In this document: piece after piece, positions 47,290-59,127 of the stretch | How the letters are laid out: every line of letters begins with the position of its first letter | Position numbering within the stretch: the first letter of the stretch is position 1 | Assembly (NCBI GenBank): GCA_963575745.1 | Contig: CAUYUJ010000207.1 | Span: 1 to 64,000, forward strand | DNA length: 64,000 nt | Origin: Prorocentrum cordatum | Lineage: Eukaryota | Reading direction: 5' to 3' | The notes under the pieces: generated by a model | Seen by the model: the letters and a program-made list of their open reading frames with translations, nothing else | Told to the model about the DNA's origin: nothing | Database searches by the model: none | Made by a program: the position numbers and the translations under genes

Positions 47290-48672
47290 TTGCGAGCAGG
47301 CCGCCTGCACTTGTTTGCGGCATTTTGCCGCGTCGAGCTGGACGGGACGAGCCAGAGTCAATCGATCGATTTGGACCGCTGGGGAGCCAACTTCGGACAT
47401 TGGGAGTGGGAGTATCTTGCCAGACAGGTTGGTAGAGCTCGACACGACGATAAGGATTCTCTAGTCGACATACCATCTGGGTCACCTGATCTCTCTCCCA
47501 CTTTACCTCGCCATCCTGTTGCCCCATATAACTTTCATCAGTTGAGTGCACATCTCAAACGTACTCGTGAAGATCGATCGTTCTGTGCGAAGTGGAATAT
47601 CCCTTGTAATATCTCAGACGGCAAGATGGCTGCCTCATCAGCTGCTGCGGTCCCCGAGGTTTTCGCTATGGACGCCACTGATATGCCCGTTCCAGGAGCC
47701 AAGGAGGAGGAGGTCCCAGAGGGAAAACGGGTCAAAATTCAGACGGTTGAAGGCCTCGAGGAGGCCATGACAAAGGGGATGGACAAGATCACGACGCTTG
47801 TTGCATCTCTGGGAGGTAAGATGACGGAGGGCTTCCAATCAACACATCGAAGCATCACGGATCTCGGCACCCAGCTCAATGCTCGTGTTGATTCGGTGGA
47901 GAAAAATGTACAGCAGGCGATGACGGACATAGATGCTATTACTAAGAAGGTTGAGGATCAGAGGCTCCAGATAATCCAGCTCCAGCAGGCTCCTGCAGGT
48001 GGGGCCCCCAGAGCAGGCACCTCTACGACAGCGTCCTCGGCGGAAACTCGGCAGTCAGTGCAGAATTTCACCCCATCGTTCGTCGAGCTCAAGGGATGGG
48101 TGACGGACTGGAGGGATGCAGAGAAGCGTCAGGAGGAGATGTTATCACAGCAGGCGTTGAATTCACTGCTGAATGAGGTCCTGGCTGGAGAATGGTTCAG
48201 TGGTGTGAAGGAGTTTCTGGACCTGAACCAATCCAAGAGGTTCAACACAGGTAGAGAGGCGTGGGGGTATTCGCGTGCTCGGCTCTATTTCCAGAATGGG
48301 GTTACCAGTGACCAGCTGTGGGATCTTCGTCGTCGACTCGTTGCCGCGATCGCCGACAACAAACTCCAGCACGCTCCCAGGGCCCTCAAGGTCCACGTGG
48401 AGGCCCCCCCCTGGAAGAAGCCCCATCTGGATGCCGCTGGGATCTTTCAGGCCAAGTTCAAGAGTTTCAAGAAGCATCATTCGAATCTCAGGGCTGAGAC
48501 GGGACCACCGATTACGTTCATGTGGGGCTCCAGTGACCACTTACCACCTCCAGGGAAGATTGTGGCCAAGTTCTCTCTGCAGAATGGCTGGGAGATCACT
48601 CGTGCAATGAATCAGCTTGAGCCAGGGATCAACATTGATGAGTTGCGAGCGAGGATTTCCAGTACGAACTAG
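47290..48672 (+). CDS. LINE ORF1 (start codon uncertain; first ATG at about 47626)
   Basis: Open 460-codon frame with a coiled coil, FTPSFVELKGWVTDW, VEAPPWKKPH and GPP. Confidence 0.82.
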   Translation: MRAGRLHLFAAFCRVELDGTSQSQSIDLDRWGANFGHWEWEYLARQVGRARHDDKDSLVDIPSGSPDLSPTLPRHPVAPYNFHQLSAHLKRTREDRSFCAKWNIPCNISDGKMAASSAAAVPEVFAMDATDMPVPGAKEEEVPEGKRVKIQTVEGLEEAMTKGMDKITTLVASLGGKMTEGFQSTHRSITDLGTQLNARVDSVEKNVQQAMTDIDAITKKVEDQRLQIIQLQQAPAGGAPRAGTSTTASSAETRQSVQNFTPSFVELKGWVTDWRDAEKRQEEMLSQQALNSLLNEVLAGEWFSGVKEFLDLNQSKRFNTGREAWGYSRARLYFQNGVTSDQLWDLRRRLVAAIADNKLQHAPRALKVHVEAPPWKKPHLDAAGIFQAKFKSFKKHHSNLRAETGPPITFMWGSSDHLPPPGKIVAKFSLQNGWEITRAMNQLEPGINIDELRARISSTN

Positions 48673-51600
48673 AGGTGCCACGACACCATTGCGTCATGGA
48701 ATGTGCGTCGGGCAGGTGCAGAGAACGGCCATGACATAATTAATTCACTACGTCGTTTAGATGTGGGACTCGCGGGGTTGTGCGAGTGTCAGTTCCTTTC
48801 AGTTCGTGATCTCAGCATGCGAGGTTACACAATTTTTCGGAGTACTTGTCGGAAGGCTGCGGTGATTATGTCTAAGTCTTGGAGAGACTCGCTCAGAGCC
48901 ACATATCGTGGCAAAGGTTTTGTCATTTGTAGTTATTCTAGTGTTACGGTTATTGTTGCATATATGCCACATGAGAGTATCAATGCCCTTACGGAAGAAC
49001 AGTATGAGCATGATGTGTATGAGCAGATATTGTTTGATATATCCCAAGTGCTTCGCACACATAGGTCTAAGTTCCCGAAGCAGCCGCAGGACCTGGTCTT
49101 CTTGACAGATGCTAACGTCGAACTCGAGCCAGATTCGGAGGTCAACGGCTTTAGAGTTACTGGATCAGGGCTTCTGGAGGCGTCTGGGATTGCTGGGGAG
49201 TCTACGGAGATTGATACTGGGATGGAGGAGGGAGCGGATGACGGCAACCCGTATATGACTCAAACAAAACGTGGTGCACGCAAAGCCAGACCTCATAGGC
49301 TTGTCTCGGGCTTCGAAATTCGACGGGCGTCTAGGTTGCAATCGATGAGGAGGGCCCTACTGGACTTCTGCGGGCTCTGGGGCATCAGGATGGAGAACAC
49401 ATTCGGGCAGAGGAGGGTTACTTTCAAATCAGGTACGGGGGTGGAGAAGGTGCTCGACTATGTTGGTGTCAGCCGTCGTTTACACAGGCAGGAGCTCACC
49501 GTTGGCTGGATGCTGCCTTCGGAAGTCGGCCACGCCTGGACTGAGCACCCTTGCAGCAGATACGAGCGTGAGCTGTCTGACCACGCCTGCATAGTTGTTC
49601 GCTTGTCTTGTGCACCGTCTGCGAAGAGACGGACCCAGCCTGCTCGAAAATTCATCCACTTGCAACCGGTGTCACAGCTGGAGTTTGCGAAGAACATGGA
49701 CGATCGGGGCAGTCGTTACCGTGCTCTGTGCCAGGAAAATGCTGACCCAGAGGATCGACAGGAGATGTTGGATACGCTGGGACCTGACCTCATAAAGGCC
49801 GCCGAGGAGACCCCCCAGAAAGATATCAATCCCAGGAATAATGTGCCAAAGAAATCCGAGATCCACTGGGCCGCCCAGGCAAGTAAACGTGAAGCTCTTC
49901 GTCGGGGGGATAGAGAGGAGGCTAAACGGTGCTCAAAGATTGTGAGGAGAGAAAGAAGGAGGCTAGAGGCAAGAGTACAGAGGTGGAGGACGGAAATGAA
50001 CACGAGGAGGAGGAGGAGGGCCAAGACGGAGACGTTGATCCTTGCCAACGGGATGGAGTCTCAGAACCGCGAGGAGTGGGGGGACGAGATATTGGGGCAC
50101 ATGAAGTCTAAGGTGGAGGACCCCGAGGCCAGAGAGGTGACCCTGCGTGAGCTTCAGTCGCTGCGTGGTCTATGTTCGGGAAGCGGATCCTCAGAGGTGT
50201 TCTCGATGTCGCTCCTGCTGCGGGCGAGGGCGAAGCTGTCCACGGGAAAGGCCCCAGGTCCCGACAACGTGACTGTCACGATGTTGAAACAGCTCTCGTG
50301 GGCATCTGTGCGACGTGTTCTGGTGAGCTTCCAAGGTGTGTATTCCAGAAGGTTATGTTGTCCCGACAGTTGGCGTCAACTAGCTGCCACACTCATGCCA
50401 AAAGAAATGGACATACAACATTTGACAGATACACGTATGCTATGTCTACAGTCGTGTCTTATGAAATGGTACATGACATGTATTGTGATGTTGATTGAGA
50501 AGAGGATTGAGGAGCACCGACACTATGTATGCCTGTACGGATTCAGATCGGGACGCAAAACATCGGAAATCACCAGCGTTGCCAAGAGGCTCAGCCAGCA
50601 CTCCGCTGTCTGGGGCAAAGGAGACAGTTTGTGGCTTGCCAATCTTGATATCTTACAAGCTTTCGATAATGTTACTCCGTGCCTCGCCATGCGCTGTCTT
50701 CGTGCTCTTGACATACCTGCTGATCTCATTGTGGCGTTGATTGAACCCATGATGGATAATCAGTGCGTGGCCAGCTTCGAGGGCATCGAGGCATCGTCAG
50801 CGGTCTATTGGGACAAATCTATTCGAACGGGAGGAGTAGAGGGACCTATGATTTTTCTGGCAGTTTCTATTGTACTCTGGAGAGATGTTATCGACAGATG
50901 GAGGCAAGAAACGCAGTACGGCATCAAATTGGAAAATGATGAGCGCATGTTCAATGGTGAGCGTATGACCCACAGTTTCTGGGCAGATAATCTTTTGTTG
51001 TATTCGAAGACCCGCACTGACCTTGAGTTGATGGTGCGTGACATGAGTATCCCCCTGATGAATGCAGGAATGACCTGGAAGCCGAAATCTTTGATGTATA
51101 TTTACTTTGGTGCGCCGCCTGGCATCCCGCCGTCCCCTGAGCAGGATATCCGTGTGCTGGTGCCGTCTAGTGACGCCGCTCTTGGGACCCGAGAAGTGGT
51201 CCTACCGCGTGTTCAAGCGTTTGAGATCCTGGGAGCCACTCTGGAGGAGACCTGGAAGGACCACTCGGACTCAGAGGCCATGCTCCAGAAAGCCCAGAGG
51301 ATGTTCTTTGGGGAAATCGCGTATTACCGCTGTTCTGGGATTGACTTGGCTGAAAGATTTACTCGCTATCAAGCTAAAGTGATTGCTGCATTATTATTCA
51401 ACTGTGAGGGCAGAACGCCCGACTATTCTACCATTGCTGCTGTTCACTATTTTGAAGGCAGATGTCTAGCTATAATGTCAGGTATACGCAAGCGGAGAAC
51501 TGAAGGCTGGTCTGAGTTTCAACGTAGGCGATACAAAGCGGGACGACAGAGTTTTGCTGGACTTGGATTCCGAAGTGCGGTGCAGATATGGATATTTCGT

Positions 51601-52852
51601 TGTTGGGATTGGGCTAAGGATGTCTCAGTTGCTGCAAGTATTCGTATGAGGAGATACACAACACACACAGAGGAGGAGGAGGGAGAGACGGTACCAAATC
51701 GGCGTCAGAGGAAAACTCGGGCGATGGCGGCGGCGGCGACTTCTCAAACATATCATGTAACTCAGATATCCCAGATGTCGAGTGGCTGTCGCCGGCGTAC
51801 ACCAGATGACCAGCCTGCCATACCTGAGGAGTCGGACATGTCACGTGAATGGATGATATCTAGGCTGGCCATGATTACATGGAAGGGGGAAGTGGACGGA
51901 ACATCGTGACACATGTATTCTAGCAATGCCTGTAAAAGATAGGAAGCAGCTGACACGCGTGAACGTAGGCGGCCGCCCCCGTGGACATACTGCGTGGGAC
52001 TGGTGCTTGTGCGATCTCTTTGGTTGTGAGTGGTACCTCTCATTCGACAGTTCCGCTGGGTCCCGTGAGAAATACTGCAAGCATTTGCTGACTGTGATTG
52101 GTATGCAACACTTGTTCGACTTGTTTGTTCTACCCAGGCCGCCTGGTGTGAGACATGTGAAGGCAGAGGAGGAGGAGGAGAGTGAGATGAATGAGAGGAT
52201 GAGCAAACGTATTGCCGCAAATTTTGAGAATGAAACGGAGTGGAGGTGTGAGAATATTGAGCGTCTTGGGATGGAGATCTTGGGAGATAGTAAGACTGTT
52301 GTAAACTGGATGTGTGGTGAGTGGCAGATTCGCAACAAGCAGTATGTACGACTGGTGGGAACACTACAAAATACGGTATCGATGCTGTCTGGATGGGGAC
52401 TGACCTCACCTGCATCGGGACAGAATCTGTATAAGCATTTCTTTCGTGAGGGTAATGAGCGTGCGGATAAATTGTCGTGGGAGGCCAGAGGTGGCCAAAC
52501 TATTACTCGCTGGTTTGCATATGATAAGTTCCTCAGTACTCGTAAGACTGCTCTCCGTGGTGCATTCGATGGGGGTGTCAGTAATGAAGGATGTGGAGGT
52601 GGGTGGTGGCTTCAGATTGGCGTTGTAGGTAGGGGTTCCAGCGTGCAGGTTGATTTTCCCATCTCCTCCTCCTCCTCCTCCTCCTCCTCTTCCTCCTGCA
52701 CCAGCTCGCACAGCTTCCATTGGCACGATGTGGCCGAGGAGGCGATGAGCTTGCCTCCTGGTAGCACGGTAACCTGCTGTGAACTAGCTGCCTGCGCTGC
52801 CCTGACGAGAGCTGCTGCTAAGGTGGCGTGCGCTCTGCTACGACCTACCTAA
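48673..52852 (+). pseudogene. LINE ORF2 (APE-RT-permuted RNase H) with one frameshift
   Basis: Motifs ASWNV, DAN, SDH, LDILQAFD, IRTGGVEGP and WADN (50980-50991). Frameshift at about 51890-51925 before the RNase H part (51926-52852). Confidence 0.88.
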
Positions 52853-54517
52853 GATGGTGGGGGCTCAGTTGCACTGCTCCGCCGATTCGGATTCGGATTC
52901 TAGTGGCGGACCGCAAACCGCAAAAAAGAGAGGTTGACGGTTTACCGCCGGCGCCCAGTCTGCAATCTGAGTACTTTTACGCGTTCAAGGAGCTCTACGA
53001 GGTTCCCGGCGGTGACCAGGTTGACGGTTCACCGCCGGCGCCAGTTCCGGGGCGCTGGAGAGCTAGTTGGCAAGAAAAATCTCGACGGACCTTGTGGTGA
53101 CTTTTGGTCGGTTGAAAATTTTGCTCTCGAAATTCAACAATTCGTTTGAGCTCTAGTATTTTTTCCCATGATATTCGATCTTATTTCCGCTCGCCGTCTT
53201 GATCTCAGCTCGATCGGGTACCTTTCACTGCCAAAAGCAGGCAGGCGGGATCGGCCGTTTCGAGTCATCTCGACAGGCGTTGTCGGTTTTTTTGTAATTA
53301 ACTCGAGCTATAGGACAGCTACAGAGCTGATACTTACAGAAACCGATGCAGAATAATGAGACGCGCTTGTCTGTTGAATTCAGAGCTCTGAACTCGTTCT
53401 GCTGCCCGAACTAGGTCCGCGAAACTATTTGTACTGTTCGAGTTATCTTGAAAATTGCTGTCGGTTTTCTGCACTTTACTCGGGCTCTCGGGTGGCTACA
53501 GGGATGATAGCCACAAGAATCGGTTCGGAGACATTAGGCGCGTTCGTCTGTCGCATTCAGAGGTCTGAACTCGGTCTGCTACTCGAGCTAGTTTCGCGAA
53601 ACTAATCGTATTGTTCGAGTTATCTTGAGAATTGCTGTCGGTTTTCTGCACTTAACTCGGGCTGTAGGGGGCTAGAGGGATGATAATCACAGAAACCGAT
53701 TCGGAGACATCAGGCGCGTCCGCCTGTCGCATTCAGAGGTCTGAACTCGGTCTGCTACTCGAGCTAGGTTCGCGAAGCTATTCGTATTTTTCGAGTCATC
53801 TTGAGAGGTGCTGTCGATTTTCACAAGTAACTCGGGCTGTAGGACAGCCACAGAGCTGATACGCACAGAAACTGGTCCGAAATCATTGTGCGCGTTCGTC
53901 TGTTGCATCCAGAGGTCTGAACTGGGTATGCTACTCGAGCTAGGTCCGCAAAACTGTTTTCTTGAAGTCACCTCGGCAGATGTTGATTCTTTTTATGTAT
54001 TGAACTCCGGTAGGAGAGCTACAAGCTGGCACACACAGAAAACGATCAAGAAGTATCAGGGGCGTTCGGCTGTTGCATCGAGAGGTCTGACATCGCTCGG
54101 GCTGAAAAACTATTCCTTCTCTACAAAATGATTCACATTACATATGGTCAGGAAGCTCTACGAGTCCCCCGGCGGTAAGAAAGGTTGACGGTTTACCGCC
54201 GGCGCCCAGTTGGCAAATCCGGCCCGGGCGGACAATGTGGTGACCTGGGGTCGGTTTTTCGAAGATTGCGAGAGATTTTGAAATTCATTTTGCGAATTCG
54301 AATTTTGTTCTATGCAGTTAATCATGGCGCTTTCGATGGTGCAATCCTTAGGGCTCTAGCTGCATTATTTCGATCAAAAGACTAGGGGGAACCAACCGTG
54401 TGTAACACCGAAAACAACATTTCTTTTTTTGCAAGCTTGTTTTCAGAAGCGTTTTTCTGCTGTTATCAGGGAACTGACTTGGTCTATTCAGAGCTCTACG
54501 AGGGTCCCGGCGGTAAC

Positions 54518-54727
54518 GGGCGTGTGTGTGTGTGTGTGTGTCGGGCATGCGCGCATGTTGGTATAAGAGCTCCGCGTGCTTTTCACTTTGTTCGGAATAA
54601 GAGTTTCGCACGTGCCCACTTCCGCTCAAAGAGTGGTGGGTGTCTTGCCTGACTCTGTATGCCGCCCTTTTTCCTGCTAGCGACTGGGCCTGACGGCCCG
54701 CATAGTCGATCGCAAAGACCGCAAAAA
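54518..54727 (+). mobile_element. Short SINE-like or 3'-UTR-only retroposon in the hairpin target
   Basis: Lies between GGTAAC and ACAGGTTGACGG. Has a (GT)n start, is homologous to about 36867-37000, and ends in the stem-bulge-stem plus CGCAAAGACCGCAAAA. Confidence 0.8.
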
Positions 54728-56815
54728 AACAGGTTGACGGTTTACCGCCGGTTCCCAGTTATTCGAGTGATCTTGACGGTGCTGTCGGTTCTCTATACTT
54801 AACTCGAGATGTAGGACACCCACAGAGCTCATATTAACAGAAACCCATCCTGAATGATCAGACGCGTTCATCTGTTCCACCCAGAGGTCTGAACTCGGTC
54901 TCATACTCGAGCTATTTCCACGAAGCTATTCGTATTATCTGGGTGGTCCTGACAGGTGCTGTCGGTTTTCTGAACAGCACTCGAGCTGTAGGACAGCTAC
55001 AGAGCTGGTATTAACAGAAACCCTCTTAGAATGATCGGGCGCCTCGTGTGTTGCATCGAGAGGTTCGAACTCGGTCTGCTACCCGAGCTAGGTCCGCGGA
55101 GCTATTCATATTGTTCGAGTCATCTTGACAGACGCTGTCTCTACTTAACAGCAACCCATCAAAAATCATCAGGCACATTCATTTGTTGCACCTAGAGGTC
55201 TGAACTCGGTCTGCTCCTCGAGCTAGGTCCGCAAACTTATTTCTATTATTCGAGTCATCTTGACAGGTGCTGTCGGTTTTGGACTTAACTCGAGCTAGGA
55301 GAGCGAAAGAACTGATACGTACAGAAACCCATTTGAAATCATCAGGGCGTTCATCTGGTGCATCTAGAGGTGTGAACTCGGTCTGCTACTCGGGCTAGGT
55401 CCGTGAACGTATTCGTATTATTCGAGTCATCCTGAGAGAAGCTGTCTGTTTTCTGTACTTATCGAAATGTGGGAGGGCCACAGGTCGTACGCACATCAAC
55501 CGATTCAGCATCATCAGGCGCGTGCGTCTGTTGCATCGAGAGCTCTGAACTCAGTCTTGTATTCGAGTCTGCTATCAGCGGAGGCCGAAAAACTTTTCGT
55601 TCTCTGCCAATTCTTTGGACATAGAATATGGCAGGAAGCTCTACCGGAGGTAAGAAAGTTGACGGATTACCGCCGGCGCCCAGTTGGCCCACCCGGCCCG
55701 GACGGACAATGTGTGAACTTTGGGCCCGTTGGGCGAAAATTCTGAGGAATTTGAACATTCGTTTTGAGATCTGGTATTTTTCGCACCTGTAGTGGGTTAT
55801 GCCGCGTCTGCCACTAAAACTCTCAGGTTTCTAGCTGCAGTATTACTGTCAAAACACTTGAGGGAACTTTCTTTGGGCATAAACTAAAAAAACATGTTTT
55901 TCGAGTTTTCAGCTCATATACGAGAAAGCTTCTCCCGCGTCTTCCGAGCAGCGCCGTGCGAGCAAAGAGCTCTACAAGGCTCCCAGCGGTAATCTCGTTG
56001 AGGGTTTTCCGCCGGCTTCCAGTTGGCCGACGCGACCAGAAAGGACAAAGTGACAACTTTTGGATGGTTTTGCGAATATTTGAAAGATATTTGACCATTT
56101 ATGTTAAGAAAGCAGATTTTTGCGCGTAGCATTAGAATCGGAACTTATTCTTAAAGCAGCTCAGTTCTCTAGAGAGAGTTTTACTATCCGAAAATTAGCG
56201 GGAACTGACATCGGAGTGACATCGACAAATGGAAAGTTGACGTTTTTTTGAGAAAGGCCCCGAGAAGCTGTCTGCTTTGATTCTGAGCATTTTCGTGCCT
56301 GCAAGGAGCTCTACGAGGTTCTCGGCGGTGCCCAGGTTGACGGTTCACCGCCGGCGCCAGTTGGCCCACCTCGCCCGGGCGGACAATGTGACAACTTGGC
56401 GTCGGTTCTTCGAAGATTGTGAAAGATTTGAAAATTCGTTTCGGGAACCACTATTTTTGTAACGTGAAGTGGGTTGTGCCGCGTTTGCCTGTTCAATTCT
56501 CAGGTCCCTAGCTGCACTACTACTGTCAAACAACGTGGAGGAAACATTTGGCCGTCGGGAAATATTTTCCAAAATGATAATGGTCCCGTGCATTCGACAA
56601 GAGCCTCAACGCAAGATACATTACCCCAGTATTTCTCTGATATGTTTTAGATTATGGCGCGTCGGTCTGTTGAATATCGAGATCCTGAGTTGTCATTGAA
56701 ACACAACCTACACTGACATATATTTCAAATTATTGTTAGGCCAATATTTACTCGAGCTCTCTGGTCGACATCTGAGCATTATTACGTGACTCGAGAGCTC
56801 TACGAGGGTCCCGGC

Positions 56816-57266
56816 AAGAAGCATCGGAAACGGCACGGATGACATATTCATTGATTGTCGGTGCACAGTACACTTTCATTGACTGTCGGAGGATACGTTC
56901 GTTGACTGTTGGAGTACGCATACATTGATTGTCGGAGTACACATTCATTGACTGTTGGAGTATGCATTCATTGATTGTTGGAGGTCCATTAACTATTGGA
57001 ACATACACTCATTGATTGATAATTGATAATTCATTGCATGAGGTCTTACTTTGATAATTGTTAATTTCATTGCATGAGGTCTTACTTCAACTGCATTGAT
57101 GCTCTCTCTCGTTGCTCTTCGCTTCATTTGTAGCGGCGACGTGAGGCGTAGTAGATACTTCAAGAGTATCACGTTTTTCAGGGTACATCCAGCCCACAGG
57201 GGATGGCTGCACCAACCCGACCGCCCTTGTAGGGCCCCGTGGTCGGACCGCAAGCCGGAAAAAAAA
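56816..57266 (+). mobile_element. Non-coding retroposon with internal minisatellite in the hairpin target
   Basis: Lies between host CCCGGC and CAGGTTGACGG. Contains ~20-25 bp ACATTCATTGA(C/T)TGT repeats and a 3' stem CCGACC/GGTCGG followed by CGCAAGCCGGAAAA. Confidence 0.72.
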
Positions 57267-59127
57267 CAGGTTGACGGTTTTCCGCCGGCTCCCAGTTCTG
57301 GGGCGCTGGAGAGCTAGTTGGCAAGAACAATCTCGACGGACCTTTTGGTGACTTTTGGTCGGTTGAAAATTCTGTTCTCCAAATACAACCATTCGTTAGA
57401 GCTCTAGTTTTTTTTTTCCGTGATATTCGATCTTATTCCCGCTCGCCGCCTTGATCTCAGCTCGATCGAGTACCCTTTACTGCCAAAAAGCACACGGGCG
57501 GGATCGGCTGTTTCGAGTCATCTTGATACGTGTTGTTGGTATTTTGTACTTAACTCGAGCTGTAGGGCAGCTACAGCTCATACTTACAGAAACCGATTCA
57601 GAATCATCAGGCGGGTTCGTCAGTTGCATCTCGAGGTCTGATTTGGGGCTGCTACTCGAGCTAGGTTCGCGAAACTATTTGATTATTCGAGTCATATTGA
57701 CAGATGCTGTTGGTTTTTGTATACTTAACTCGGGATGGAGGAGAGCTACAGAGCTGGTATTCACAGAAACCCATGCATAATCATCAGGCGCGTCTGTCTC
57801 TAGCATCTAGGGGTCTGAACTCGGTCTACTACTCGAGCTAGGTCGCGAAACTATTCGTATTCTACGATTTTTTTGGCGGATACTGTCGATTTTCGGCGTT
57901 TAATTCGAGCTGTAGAGGTGCTACACAGCTGATACGCATACTTAACCGATTCAGAATCAGCAGGCGCGTTCGTCAGTTACATCTAGAGGTCTGAACTCGG
58001 TCTGCTACTCGAGCTAGGTCCGCGAAACTATTCGTATTCTTCGAGTCATCTTGACACGTGCTGTCGGTTTTCAGTACGTAACTCGGGCTGTAGAAACGCT
58101 TGAGAGCTGGTACTCACAGAAACCGATTCGAAATCATCAGGCGCGCTTGTCTGTTGCATCGAGAGGTCTGAACTAGGTCCTTTACTCGAGCCAGGTCCAC
58201 GAAACGATTGTATTCTTCGAGTTCTCTAAACAGGCGCTGTCGGTGTTCTGTACTTAACTCGAGCTTCAGAATAGCTACAGAGCTTGTACGCACACATAAT
58301 CGACTCAGAATCACAGGCGCGTTCGTTTGAAGCATCCAGAGCTCTGAACTCTGTCTGCGACTCGAGCTAGGTCGCAAAACGATTCGTATTGGACCGATTT
58401 TCCTTCGAAATGACGGTGAATTTCTTCACCTAACTTGAGCTCTTTGGCACATCAATGAGGCGCCGCTTGGCTGGATCTCTTCAGCGCAGCAATGGGAAGG
58501 GAATTATCAGCGACAATAGTAGACGCCTGAGATCAGTCTGCTATCAGCGCTCGGACTGAACAACTATTCGCCCCCTGCTACTTCCTTGGACATAATATAT
58601 CGAAAGGCAGCTCTACGAGTCTCCCGGCGGTAAGAAAGGTTGACGGTTTACCGCCGGCGCCCAGTTTTCCTAAGTTTTGAAAGATATTTGACAATTCATG
58701 TTGAGAAACCAGATTTTTCGCACCTGTAGTGGGTTATGCCGCGTCTGCCAGTCAAATTCTCAGGTCCGTAGTGCAGTATTACTATCAAACCGCTTGGAGC
58801 AACCGACTTTGGATGAAAACCGAAAAATCGTGATGTTTCGAGTTTTTCGGCTTTCACTTCAGAAGCTTCCTTCATGTGTTCCAGGAGGCGCTGTGCAAGA
58901 AAAGAGCTCTACGAGGTGCCCGGCGGTAACCTGATTGACGGTTTACCGCTGGTTCCCAGTTGGTGCAATTCTCAGGGCTGTAGCTTCATTATTTCGATCA
59001 AAAGACTAAGGGGAACCGACGTTGTGTAAAAACTTTAAAATTTGTTTCTTCAGTTTTCAAGCTCATATCCACAAGCGGTTTTCTCCTGTTGTCTGGGAAC
59101 TGGTTTGGTCTCTCCAGAGCTCTACGG

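Larger units (their letters stand above)
47183..52925 (+). mobile_element. Full-length non-LTR retrotransposon LINE-5 (family D), stacked directly behind LINE-4
   Basis: TSD AAGAGAGGTTG at 47172-47182 and 52926-52936. Tail CCGCAAACCGCAAAA. Confidence 0.92.
40163..52958 (+). mobile_element. Helitron2-like family A element carrying LINE-4 and LINE-5 in its 3' hairpin
   Basis: Flanks rejoin CCGAGAAGCTG|TCTGC, the uninterrupted form of which is seen at 56261-56275. Confidence 0.7.

Noticed and set aside
59042..59127. N-terminus of the 1079-aa ORF as real protein
   Set aside because: It is host family B repeat sequence that happens to be in frame with the truncated LINE-6 ORF2.
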